Shown here piece by piece: positions 22,316-30,988 of a stretch of 53,602 bases of DNA (position 1 is its first letter; each line of letters starts with the position of its first letter). The notes beneath the pieces were generated by a model. It worked only from the letters and a program-made list of their open reading frames with translations. It had not been told where the DNA came from and searched no databases. Position numbers and translations under genes: made by a program. Source of the DNA: an uncultured Candidatus Saccharibacteria bacterium (GTDB taxonomy: Bacteria > Patescibacteriota > Saccharimonadia > Saccharimonadales > UBA10212); NCBI GenBank assembly GCA_964448095.1, contig CAYUUT010000006.1, positions 1 through 53,602 of the forward strand, read 5' to 3'.

Positions 22316-22392
22316 TGGTGGGATTGGAGGGGCTCGAACCCCCGACCTCGTGAATGTGAATCACGCGCTCTAGCCAGCTGAGCTACAACCCC
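22316..22392 (-). tRNA. tRNA-Val(CAC)
   Basis: GGGGTTGTAGCTCAGCTGGCTAGAGCG-CGTGATTCACATTCACG-AGGTCGGGGGTTCGAGCCCCTCCAATCCCACCA; folds as a cloverleaf with encoded CCA. Confidence 0.96.
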
Positions 22393-22408
22393 AGATTACC
22401 AAATTATA

Positions 22409-23674
22409 CTAGTTGTCTACGAACTCTTGGCAGAAGCGTTCGAAGACGGCGTTAGTCCAGCCAAAGCCGGTTTGCGACGGATACATGCCCTTAGCCGGCG
22501 GTTTGCCTGGTTGAGCCACGTTGTACTTTTCCAGAAACACGCCGTGGTGATTAAACCAATCGAGGTTGGTTTTAACCCACTTCAGCGCAATGCGTCGGGC
22601 ATCTTCATGATAACCATAGCGCTGCAAGCCCTTAACGACTATAAAGTGCAGCGGCGCCCAGCCGTTAGGATAAGCCCACTGCGCCGGCGTGGCGCCGGGG
22701 AATAGCTGGCCGACTTGTGGCGCGTCAGTGGTCGTCAGACCACCTTTTTCTTCGAATTTGCGCAGCGATGATACCAGCTTGGCGGCCCGGTGCTCGCTGG
22801 CCAGCCCGGCCCATAACGGATAATAGCTGGCCAGCGAGGCTACATTGCCGCGGCGCTTTTTCACATAATTGTAGTCGTAGTACAGGCCGCGCAAATCGCT
22901 CCACATCAGCTTGTTCATAGCGTGTTTGCGGCGCTCTGCCTGTTTTTTCCACACAGCAGCTTCAGGCTTATCGCCGGCAATTTGCGCGGCCTCGGCAAAA
23001 TCCATCTCGTACTTATAGAGCAAGCTGTTAAGGTCCACCGGTAAGTAGTTCAAAATGTGATGGTTAAAGCGCGGCGTAAAATCCCAGCCACTCTCGGTCT
23101 CGGCCAAATCGTTTAGGTAGTTAATGTCGTAATAACGGCTCAAACCTGCATGGACTAATCTGCTGTTAGGTTTTACCTTACCCATCCAGACTGTCTCATA
23201 TTCAGCCTGGGCAACCTTCATATGCTTAGCCAGCCACCTCTTATCCAAGTTATAAGCCTTATAGGCGTCGAGGATAAAGCTGCTTAAGATCGGCGGTTGG
23301 GAGCGGCCCATCAAATAAGTCCGCGAGGCGTTGGGAATTATCTTGAAACGCTCAAACAGATTTACCAGGTCTTCCAATATACCCAGTACCAGGTCCTTGT
23401 GACTTTTGTCCAGCATGCCCTGGACCATAAAATAACTGTCCCAATAATAGAGTTCGTTAAAATCAAACTCGTGACCCTCTTCATAAGCCGGCACCAGATA
23501 CGACTTGGGTAAACCAATCAGACTGTCGTTATCTTTGGGCTGGTAGCGCGTTAGGCGCGGCCAATAATCAGCGATATACTGTCTGGCTGGCGCAACGTCG
23601 GCGCTGTTTAAATTAGGGCTTTGCTGCCACAGACCAATTCTGCCAACGAAGGTTTTTGTTTTTGGCAAGACCAT
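22409..23674 (-). CDS. Alpha,alpha-trehalase (GH37)
   Basis: FNELYYWDSYF, IPNASRTYLMGRSQPP, ESGWDFTPR, QWAYPNGWAP, FLEKYNV, GFGWTN. Confidence 0.92.
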   Translation of the reverse strand: MVLPKTKTFVGRIGLWQQSPNLNSADVAPARQYIADYWPRLTRYQPKDNDSLIGLPKSYLVPAYEEGHEFDFNELYYWDSYFMVQGMLDKSHKDLVLGILEDLVNLFERFKIIPNASRTYLMGRSQPPILSSFILDAYKAYNLDKRWLAKHMKVAQAEYETVWMGKVKPNSRLVHAGLSRYYDINYLNDLAETESGWDFTPRFNHHILNYLPVDLNSLLYKYEMDFAEAAQIAGDKPEAAVWKKQAERRKHAMNKLMWSDLRGLYYDYNYVKKRRGNVASLASYYPLWAGLASEHRAAKLVSSLRKFEEKGGLTTTDAPQVGQLFPGATPAQWAYPNGWAPLHFIVVKGLQRYGYHEDARRIALKWVKTNLDWFNHHGVFLEKYNVAQPGKPPAKGMYPSQTGFGWTNAVFERFCQEFVDN

Positions 23675-23714
23675 AAATCTCAGCGTAGGCCTGCGCTAGA
23701 GAGAAGTCAACCCT

Positions 23715-23879
23715 CTAAACATAATCTTTTAGTTTGAGGGCCACCCAGATGCCAAAAAATGTGCCAATAATACCACCAAGAATGCTGGCAAACGAGAAAA
23801 GGCTGGCGTGCCACAAAACCGGAACATAAGAGCCGACCGTGCTAAAAATCAACACGCTGGCGTAAATCATAGCTTTCAC
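23715..23879 (-). CDS. Small membrane protein, 54 aa
   Basis: Not in the ORF track. GTG start: MKAMIYASVLIFSTVGSYVPVLWHASLFSFASILGGIIGTFFGIWVALKLKDYV; two hydrophobic segments. Confidence 0.6.
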   Translation of the reverse strand: MKAMIYASVLIFSTVGSYVPVLWHASLFSFASILGGIIGTFFGIWVALKLKDYV

Positions 23880-23929
23880 GTCTTAAGCATAACAAATAAT
23901 CAAAGTTTGAGAGAAGGAGTGGGCTCAAT

Positions 23930-23968
23930 GGGCGGCCGTGGGATGTCCTGAGACACCCACGGCCGCCC
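23930..23968. terminator. 13-bp GC-rich hairpin downstream of the 123-aa ORF
   Basis: gggcggccgtggg (23930-23942) pairs with cccacggccgccc (23956-23968). Confidence 0.6.
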
Positions 23969-23980
23969 CGGAGAGCTGGA

Positions 23981-24352
23981 CTAGGCGGCGAACCCGGCTC
24001 GAACGAGCCTCTTGGGCTCTGCCGGCGGCTTCTGGACCACGAAGCTCAGGCGGTATTCCTCGGCCAGTGCCGTGACCTCGTCGCCCCCGACGAGGTCACA
24101 AGCAATGGAGCACAAGCGCTCAACGCGTTCGGCCTCGCCCCTCGCGGCCACCTTGGCCGCACGGCGGAGAATCCGCAGAGCCCGCGGAACATGCGGGTTC
24201 GGAACGACTGACTCCGCTCGGGCGAGAAGCGTCTTGATCTTCATGTGCGAGCAACCCGCGGCTTCGAGTTCCCGCAGGAAGTCGTTGTAGAGCGGACTCT
24301 TGTCGTAGCGCGCCTTGACGGCCTCTACGGCGAGCTCGTGCAGGTCATTCAT
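23981..24352 (-). CDS. Hypothetical protein in a GC-rich segment
   Basis: 123-aa ORF with GAGGGAG SD, GC-rich third codon positions and a downstream hairpin. Confidence 0.65.
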   Translation of the reverse strand: MNDLHELAVEAVKARYDKSPLYNDFLRELEAAGCSHMKIKTLLARAESVVPNPHVPRALRILRRAAKVAARGEAERVERLCSIACDLVGGDEVTALAEEYRLSFVVQKPPAEPKRLVRAGFAA

Positions 24353-24501
24353 CTAGGACCACTCCCTCTTGTTGTGTGTGCTAGTTACGCTATTTTTACA
24401 GCGGCGAAACTAAACGCTGTACTGCTAGCCTCAATGCCTGTTCTGGCACCGACGCTGTAGACCAAGGGCAGCTGATGATTGTTCTCACCGTTTGCCGCCC
24501 C

Positions 24502-24642
24502 ACCGCTAGGTTTCTGGTGCCTGCCCCGTAGTGAGCTTTCGCGATATCCGCAAAGCGGATATTTTTGGCTACTGGTGCTTGCTCACGCATAGCCAAAACG
24601 CGAAAGTCTACTACCGGGCTTGCTCACGCAAAACCTAGCGGT
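24502..24642 (-). ncRNA. Candidate multi-stem structured RNA of unknown family
   Basis: Nested inverted repeats: accgctaggttt/aaacctagcggt, ctttcgcg/cgcgaaag, atatccgc/gcggatat, ttttggcta/tagccaaaa. Strand inferred from the upstream promoter. Confidence 0.45.
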
Positions 24643-24650
24643 CGAGCAAC

Positions 24651-24815
24651 AAAAAACGACTGCTTTTCGTCCTGCAGTCGTGTGTTTTGGTTTTCTGGCG
24701 GGCTTATCTACACAACTGCAGCACTATCCTTCATAACGAGGATAATGTTACGGCTGGTAAATACGCGGCTTTGAACCATGCCATATTTTATACAGCAGCC
24801 CCTTGCCTATTGCAA
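24651..24815 (-). promoter_or_regulatory. Promoter, 23-aa leader ORF and terminator/antiterminator (attenuator)
   Basis: Minus strand TTGCAA-17-TATAAA; leader ORF 24779-24708; terminator acgactgc/gcagtcgt followed by T6; 24710-24721 can pair instead with 24672-24683. Confidence 0.5.
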
Positions 24816-24842
24816 GGGAGTTTTTAAAGATTGTGATTAATT

Positions 24843-25616
24843 TTATGCTTCGGTCAGAGCCTGGTAATCCTCGTTGCTGAGCTGGATCTCAGCTGCGGCC
24901 AGGTTACTGGCTAAATGCTCCGCCGATAACGTCCCCGGTATTGGCAGCATCACTGGCGAGCGTTTTAACAGCCACGCAAGGCCTATCTGCGTGGGCGTAG
25001 CATCGTACTTGTCGGCCATTTTGTTTAACTTGCTATCGGCCACCAAGCTGCCGTGGCCCAGCGGGAAGAACGGGATGAAGGCGATGCCTTCCTTTTCGCA
25101 ATACGCCAAGACGTCATCGTGCTGCCGAGTTTCCAAATTATAATGGTTCTGCACGGAAACTATCGGCAGCACGCTGCGGGCTTTTTCTATCTGTTCTACG
25201 CTGACCTCAGACAGCCCGACATGCTGGATTTTACCGGCGTCTTGCTGGGTTTTTAAGAATTTCATAGTTTCTTCGATTGGCGTGTTCGGGTCGGCCCGGT
25301 GCAACTGCCACAAGTCGATTGTTTCCAGATTCAACAGTCTCAAACTTTGGTCTATGTTCGCGCCAAGTGTACCGGGTGAATTATCTTCGCCCCAGCCGCC
25401 TTTGGTGGCAATAATCACCCCTTCCGGGTAAGGCGCTAAGGTTTGGCCGATAATTTCCTCGCTGCGGCCATAGCGGTGCGCGGTGTCTATAAAGTTAACG
25501 CCCAGCTCCACGGCTTTTTTCAAAACCGTTCTGGATTCATCATTATCGGAAATCCGGTTAGTCCCCAGACCAATCCGCTTAACTGTAAGGTCGCCAAGTT
25601 TTATAGTTTCTTCCAT
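24843..25616 (-). CDS. Aldo/keto reductase
   Basis: GVNFIDTAHRYG, IATKGG, IDLWQLHR, GLSEV, VQNHYN, LPIPGT. Confidence 0.92.
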   Translation of the reverse strand: MEETIKLGDLTVKRIGLGTNRISDNDESRTVLKKAVELGVNFIDTAHRYGRSEEIIGQTLAPYPEGVIIATKGGWGEDNSPGTLGANIDQSLRLLNLETIDLWQLHRADPNTPIEETMKFLKTQQDAGKIQHVGLSEVSVEQIEKARSVLPIVSVQNHYNLETRQHDDVLAYCEKEGIAFIPFFPLGHGSLVADSKLNKMADKYDATPTQIGLAWLLKRSPVMLPIPGTLSAEHLASNLAAAEIQLSNEDYQALTEA

Positions 25617-25692
25617 AAGTCTATTATCTCACGCGCTAAAAACTCCTAACCAGCCCGTGCTAAAATCAGACTAGAACTAAGGAGGGAAAACT

Positions 25693-26082
25693 ATGATTAA
25701 AGCAAAAGCAGCATTTAGTGGGTTTTCGGTTGACGACATCGAAAAAGCCAAGGAATTTTATACCAAAACTCTCGGACTGGAAGTAGCCGACGACACAATG
25801 GGCTTGGAGCTAAAGCTTCCTGGCGGCGGCAGTACTTTCGCCTATCCCAAAGAAGACCACCAGCCAGCAACTTTCACTATTTTAAATTTCGTAGTGGAAG
25901 ATATTGACGCGGCCGTAGACGACCTAAAAAGCAACGGCGTTAAGATGGAAATCTACGACAATATGCCTTTCAAGCAAGACGAAAAAGGCATCGCCCGCGG
26001 CCTAACTGCTAACCAAGGTCCGGACATCGCCTGGTTCAAAGATCCCGCTGGCAACATTCTGGCCGTCCTCCAAGACAAATAG
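25693..26082 (+). CDS. VOC/glyoxalase-family protein
   Basis: [39 protein letters not shown]; AAGGAGG SD. Confidence 0.9.
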   Translation: MIKAKAAFSGFSVDDIEKAKEFYTKTLGLEVADDTMGLELKLPGGGSTFAYPKEDHQPATFTILNFVVEDIDAAVDDLKSNGVKMEIYDNMPFKQDEKGIARGLTANQGPDIAWFKDPAGNILAVLQDK

Positions 26083-26088
26083 TTTGCT

Positions 26089-27912
26089 TTAGGAGTTTTG
26101 GCGTTTGCGTTTGGTGGAATCTAGTTCGCGTTTGCGCAGGCGCAGGGATTTGGGAGTGACTTCCAATAGTTCGTCATTTTCTAAAAAGTCGATGCACTGT
26201 TCCAGGCTCAAAATGGTTGGCGGCGTAAGTTGGACCGTGCCGTCACTGCTGCTGCTGCGCATATTGGTCAGGTGCTTGGCTTTGCAAACATTGATTTCCA
26301 AGTCATCGCCGCGGCGGTTAAGACCAACTATCTGCCCGGCGTAAACTTTTTCGGCGGCTGGCACAAATATAGTGCCTCGAGCTTCGGCGGTTTCTAGCGA
26401 ATAGGGAGTGGTAATGCCAGTTTCAAAAGCAATCAGCACGCCGTTGCGCAGTTTTTGCAACGGCGAACCCAGCGGTTCGTAGCCAATCATCAGGCTGTTC
26501 ATTATCACTGTGCCTTTGGTGTTGGTTACCAAGATGTTGCGCAAGCCTAACAGCGCGCGGGTGGGTAGTTCATAAATTAATTTGGTCACGCCTTTGTTGC
26601 TGGCGAATTGCTCTTTTAGCGTTGCCCGGCGAGCGCCCAGCTCTTGCTGCACGGTGCCTACATGCTCGGGCGGCACTTCGATAATCAGCTCTTCCACCGG
26701 CTCAACAACTTTGCCGTCTTCTTCGCGAGTCACCACCTGCGGGCGGCCAACTTCAAACTCATAACCGGCGCGGCGCAGTTCTTCAATAAGTACGGACAGG
26801 TGCAGTTCGCCGCGGCCAGAAACTTTAAAGCCGATTCCCTCTTCTTCCACGCGCAGGCCAACATTAGTCTCCAGTTCTTTTTCCAGGCGTTCGCCAATCT
26901 GGCGGCTGGTACTAAAATCGCCCTCGGTGCCTTTGAACGGGCTGGTGTTTGGTCCTAAATAAATTTGCAGCGTAGGTGCCTCTACTTCAATTACCGGCAA
27001 GGCTTCGGGCTGGTCATTGTCGGCGATGGTTTCACCAATTTGCACGTCGGCAATGCCGGTTAGCTGCACAATGTCACCGGCAACGCCTTCTGGCACTTCG
27101 GTTTTGCCTGTGCCGTTACCAATTAATACGGAGTCGATTTTGGCTTTGGTCATGGTGCCGTCTTTTTTGCAGAGTGTCACTTGGTCGCCCGGTTTTACTT
27201 TGCCGCGGTTGATGCGGCCCACGGCGTATTTGCCTTTGAATGAATCATAAGCCAGAGCGGAAATTAGCATCTGGAAGGGCTTGTCCGGGTCAACTTTGGG
27301 CGCCGGGATTTCCTTGGTGATAGCTTCAAAAATAACTTCCAGGTCGCCGGCGGCTTCGGCGTTGGCGGGCATCTCAGCCCAAGCTTTGCCGGCGCGGCTG
27401 ACGGCGTAATACACCGGGTAGTGCAGTTGGTCTTCGTGCACAGCTAGTTCCAGGAATAAATCTGCCAGTTCGTCTTCCACTTCGGCTACGCGGGCGCCGG
27501 ATTTGTCAATTTTGTTGATAATGACTATTGGCTTCAGTTCATTGGCCAGGGCGATTCCCAGAACAAACTTGGTCTGGGGCATTGGGCCTTCTTGGGCGTC
27601 GACAATCAGCAGGCAGCCGTCGGCCATATTTACAGTACGTTCTACCTCGCCGCTAAAATCGGCGTGGCCGGGCGTATCAATGATGTTAATGCGGTAATCG
27701 TGGTGCTGCACGGCGGTTACCTTGGCTGTAATAGTAATACCGCGCTCGCGCTCCTGGTCGCCGCTGTCCATAATCAAATCCTGGGTCATTTCCGACTGGT
27801 TGTCACGAAAGGTGTGGGACTGCTTTAAAAGCCCATCCACCAAGGTAGTCTTACCATGGTCCACGTGGGCGATAATGGCGATATTCCGGATTTTACTGGG
27901 GTCTTGGCTCAT
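26089..27912 (-). CDS. typA: Translational GTPase TypA/BipA
   Basis: IAHVDHGKTT, ERERGITI, DTPGHADFSGEVER, SGRGELHLS, LEVTPKSLRLRK. Confidence 0.97.
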   Translation of the reverse strand: MSQDPSKIRNIAIIAHVDHGKTTLVDGLLKQSHTFRDNQSEMTQDLIMDSGDQERERGITITAKVTAVQHHDYRINIIDTPGHADFSGEVERTVNMADGCLLIVDAQEGPMPQTKFVLGIALANELKPIVIINKIDKSGARVAEVEDELADLFLELAVHEDQLHYPVYYAVSRAGKAWAEMPANAEAAGDLEVIFEAITKEIPAPKVDPDKPFQMLISALAYDSFKGKYAVGRINRGKVKPGDQVTLCKKDGTMTKAKIDSVLIGNGTGKTEVPEGVAGDIVQLTGIADVQIGETIADNDQPEALPVIEVEAPTLQIYLGPNTSPFKGTEGDFSTSRQIGERLEKELETNVGLRVEEEGIGFKVSGRGELHLSVLIEELRRAGYEFEVGRPQVVTREEDGKVVEPVEELIIEVPPEHVGTVQQELGARRATLKEQFASNKGVTKLIYELPTRALLGLRNILVTNTKGTVIMNSLMIGYEPLGSPLQKLRNGVLIAFETGITTPYSLETAEARGTIFVPAAEKVYAGQIVGLNRRGDDLEINVCKAKHLTNMRSSSSDGTVQLTPPTILSLEQCIDFLENDELLEVTPKSLRLRKRELDSTKRKRQNS

Positions 27913-28074
27913 ATAAAAATAGCGCCCAATAGCGCCGATTAAACGATCTATTACCTATATTATAGCATAAGCTGAACTTTCTTGCTACTCGAGGACGATG
28001 ATTATATAGCGTAGTTCTTATGCTTGCACGCACCTCTTTAGTAAGAGTATAAATGATAGCAAATAGGAGGTATT

Positions 28075-28713
28075 ATGGCCGATTTTCCACCCTTTATGAA
28101 TGCCTACGGCAACGCAACGAAAATTTTAGATAAAATTAAAGAAGCTCAAACTCCAGATCGATTTTCGCAAGATTTCTTATCAACAGTTCTCGGTTTTTCC
28201 GGTGGCGGATCAAAAGCATTCATACCATTAGCAAAAAGAATTGGTTTGCTTTCATCTGATGGAGCGCCCACGGAATTATATAGACAATTTCGTAATCCGT
28301 CACAGTCTCAACAGGCAATGGCCCGAGCAATCAAAAAAGGATATCCTCAGCTCTATAGCCGTAATGAATTCGCTCATGCCTTAGAGAAAAAAGACCTTGA
28401 AGGCTTAGTAATGGAGGCTACAGGACTTAATAAAGGCTCCGCTACTTTAGGGGCAATTGTTAATACTTTCGAGGCTCTTAAGGCATTTGCTAACTTTGAA
28501 TTAGGAGAACCTGTTAGCGATATTGATAAGGCTGGCGATGAATCAGAAAAGCCACAAGATTCTCCTGTGCAAATTCCGTTGAAATTACCCGGCACAAGCA
28601 ATACCGGAGATCCTAAATTTTCATACAATATTTACCTCAATCTTCCGGACACTACTGACCCAGCAGTATTCAATGCTATATTCAAGTCTATCAGAGACAA
28701 CTTGCTACAATGA
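28075..28713 (+). CDS. DUF5343-like protein
   Basis: KILDKIKEAQTPDRFSQDFL...IPLAKRIGLLSSDGAPTELY matches my recollection of DUF5343; C-terminal YNIYLNLP; AGGAGG SD; AT-richer than flanks. Confidence 0.7.
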   Translation: MADFPPFMNAYGNATKILDKIKEAQTPDRFSQDFLSTVLGFSGGGSKAFIPLAKRIGLLSSDGAPTELYRQFRNPSQSQQAMARAIKKGYPQLYSRNEFAHALEKKDLEGLVMEATGLNKGSATLGAIVNTFEALKAFANFELGEPVSDIDKAGDESEKPQDSPVQIPLKLPGTSNTGDPKFSYNIYLNLPDTTDPAVFNAIFKSIRDNLLQ

Positions 28714-29291
28714 GTTCAACTGATAATCTAAAGCTATTCCATCTAAATAAAGCATTGCTAGAAGCTGATTTATCAACGGTTGAGAAGATTTATGATGTAA
28801 AGATTTTGCCCTCTAGGACAGTAATTGAGCGTAAGGACGAAACATTCTACCCCCAGTTCCCCGCTGCAATCAGGCAAAAAGCTAAAGAAATGGCCGCTCA
28901 CTACGAAGCGTTTTATTTACTTGAAAATTCAATAAGGGATCTAGTGAGCGAAGCATTGCTTTCTGCAGAGGGAGAAGACTGGTGGGACAAGACTGTGCCT
29001 AAAGAAGTCCAAGATAACGCCACAGTAAACGCAAAAAGAGAACGAGATGCAGGTGTTTCGCCGCGCTCCACAGAGCCTATTGACTATACGAATTTTGGTG
29101 AATTAAGCACAATCATACAAGCAAATTGGGAAAACTTTAGCGACCTATTTAATAGCAAGAGTGGACTAGTGAGCGTGCTAGCCAGATTGAACCTACTGAG
29201 AGGCCCGATTGCACATTGCGCAGCTCTAACGGAGGATGAAGTACTACGATTGCAACTTTCGTTACGAGACTGGTTCAGGCTTATGGAATAA
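28710..29291 (+). CDS. Swt1-like HEPN-domain protein
   Basis: EMAAHYEAFYLLENSIRDLV, DWW, YTNFGEL, HEPN R-x4-H motif RGPIAH; ATGA overlap with the upstream gene. Confidence 0.75.
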   Translation: MSSTDNLKLFHLNKALLEADLSTVEKIYDVKILPSRTVIERKDETFYPQFPAAIRQKAKEMAAHYEAFYLLENSIRDLVSEALLSAEGEDWWDKTVPKEVQDNATVNAKRERDAGVSPRSTEPIDYTNFGELSTIIQANWENFSDLFNSKSGLVSVLARLNLLRGPIAHCAALTEDEVLRLQLSLRDWFRLME

Positions 29292-29309
29292 ACCCGAAAT
29301 TTTGTTTTT

Positions 29310-29324
29310 GGGGATTTAAGCCCC
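29310..29324 (-). repeat. Cassette repeat R1
   Basis: aattttgtttttGGGGATTTAAGCCCCgg; supplies the TAA of 29316-29996. Confidence 0.85.
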
Positions 29325-29996
29325 GGCCTGTTTGGTTTTTAGCTGGCTGTAGTAGTGGTCGAGTGAAAGCAGCGCCACAGCGTTGAAGAAGTGCCAGACG
29401 GCGTGGCCGTTTATATAGTGAGAGCTGCTTGGGTCGCACCAAATCTTTTTGTAATCCAACCACCAGAATAAATAGCCAATCGCAAAAGCGGCAAAAGTCA
29501 GCCAAAAATATTTTAGGTTTAATTTGTCTTTGGCGGCAGCTTTTAGCTCCAGGTAAACCGCGATAATTAACAATATCGCGAAAAGCGGAATACCGATGTT
29601 AAAACTGCCAATTGTCCGAATTGTTGCCGTCAGCGCCAGCGGAATGCCAGCGCCAAAAATGAAAAACCCCAAGCTCTGATTCTTAGAAAGTTTGCGGTTT
29701 CGCAAGCCGGCGACAATAAGCAGCGAGGCCAGCAAGTACATTGACCCAAGATCGGCCAGCTGCCCCACAAATGTAAAACTAGCGTAATAGAAAAACGATG
29801 CCAAGCCCAAAATTATGGCGATTACGCCAAGATGTTTAGAATACGTGCGGTGTTTCTTGGCTAAAATATAGATTCCAGCCAAAGATATTAACAAAGAGGA
29901 GACGGCATTAGCGGGCTGGACAATCCAGCCGTTTAAATTGGATTCACAGTAGCGAATCGTCGGCTGCATCAAACCAAAAAACGGCGTCCGGTTCAT
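29316..29996 (-). CDS. Ceramidase-like (CREST superfamily) membrane protein
   Basis: YCESN, PANAVSS, ADLGSM, HAVWH; about 7 TM; the first Zn-ligand position reads SFFYY rather than SxxxH. Confidence 0.7.
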   Translation of the reverse strand: MNRTPFFGLMQPTIRYCESNLNGWIVQPANAVSSLLISLAGIYILAKKHRTYSKHLGVIAIILGLASFFYYASFTFVGQLADLGSMYLLASLLIVAGLRNRKLSKNQSLGFFIFGAGIPLALTATIRTIGSFNIGIPLFAILLIIAVYLELKAAAKDKLNLKYFWLTFAAFAIGYLFWWLDYKKIWCDPSSSHYINGHAVWHFFNAVALLSLDHYYSQLKTKQAGA

Positions 29997-30022
29997 AGTC
30001 CAATCATAACAAATTTTGTTTT

Positions 30023-30038
30023 GGGGAATTTAAGCCCC
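30023..30038 (-). repeat. Cassette repeat R2
   Basis: aaattttgttttGGGGAATTTAAGCCCCgg; supplies the TAA of 30030-30923. Confidence 0.85.
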
Positions 30039-30923
30039 GGCATTTGGTTTCATAACAAAGACTACGGCAGTACCGTTTATGGCTGCGACGTAGTCGGCTG
30101 GATAGTTGAGAGCTTTGGGTGAAGTTAGCTCATTCGTAACTTCCAGGAAGCTGTGGCTTTCAACATCAAAGCCCAGTCCTTCAAAAAATTTCTTGGCATC
30201 ATCTTCGTCTTTAAACAAGTTATTTTTGACGTCAACACCGGTTATTTGGGTTATTCTTTTCCGCCTTAACTCCATCACTTCATCTTCTTGGTATACCACC
30301 CGGGGCATCGATATGTCGGCCGTAATCCAGACTCCGCCATATTTGCGTAATAGCTCGCGCACGTTCTTTACGTATTGTTCCTTTTCCTCAAACGACAGAT
30401 ACCTAAGCAGGCCTTCGTTAACGACGGCGATAGGTTCACTGGTTTTAAAATGTCTGGCAGCGCGCTGTAAGTCTGTCAGCTCCAGCGCGCTGCCGTCTTC
30501 TATATGAAGATGCTCCGGCGACCGCAAAGCGCCTTTATTTTCCAGCGCTTTTATAATTTTTCTTTTATCGGCCATCATCAACGGCAAGTCTACTTCGACG
30601 TACTCTATTGTGCCGTCCGCGCTCATTTCCATGCCCCTAGTTGAAAGACCGGCGGCGATTTCCACAACTTGTTTGATGCCGGTTTGCTTAATCAGCTTGT
30701 TAATAAGTTTATGCCGGGCCTCAAAATGAGGTGCCATCTTGGTATCTTTCATTTCTTCCAAGAGGCCAGCTTTACTACCGGCCTGCCGAATGGTTTCCAG
30801 CTCTATAAACATTTCTTTGGAATAAGGGATATCTGAAAAAGTCCGCCCATAAGCCGTCAGCCAACCTGTGGGGATAATTCCATCATAAGCAGTTTTACCG
30901 GTTGGTGACTTAGCCTCGCTCAT
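30030..30923 (-). CDS. Class I SAM-dependent methyltransferase (LCM-like)
   Basis: QVVEIAAGLSTRG, YVEVDLP, VVNEGLLRYL. Confidence 0.85.
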   Translation of the reverse strand: MSEAKSPTGKTAYDGIIPTGWLTAYGRTFSDIPYSKEMFIELETIRQAGSKAGLLEEMKDTKMAPHFEARHKLINKLIKQTGIKQVVEIAAGLSTRGMEMSADGTIEYVEVDLPLMMADKRKIIKALENKGALRSPEHLHIEDGSALELTDLQRAARHFKTSEPIAVVNEGLLRYLSFEEKEQYVKNVRELLRKYGGVWITADISMPRVVYQEDEVMELRRKRITQITGVDVKNNLFKDEDDAKKFFEGLGFDVESHSFLEVTNELTSPKALNYPADYVAAINGTAVVFVMKPNAGA

Positions 30924-30964
30924 AGTCCATCAATAATACCAAACCAGGAAAAAATTTTGGGTTT

Positions 30965-30980
30965 GGGGGATTTAAGCCCC
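30965..30980 (-). repeat. Cassette repeat R3
   Basis: aaattttgggtttGGGGGATTTAAGCCCCggagcg. Confidence 0.85.
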
Positions 30981-30988
30981 GGAGCGGG

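Noticed and set aside
24472-24478. CTGATGA as a hammerhead ribozyme core
   Set aside because: No correctly placed stem II, GAAA or cleavage triplet follows it.
24690-24720. cgggcttat resembling the RNase P 3' end, and GATAAGCCCG resembling a guanidine-I/ZTP riboswitch
   Set aside because: The other conserved regions (GAGGAAAGUCC, ACAGAA, CUAGGGUUCCG) are absent.
29310-29324. Repeat as a simple rho-independent terminator
   Set aside because: The stem is only 4 bp, the T-tract precedes the hairpin on the plus strand, and an A-tract follows it on the minus strand. It is not fully excluded as another kind of RNA signal.
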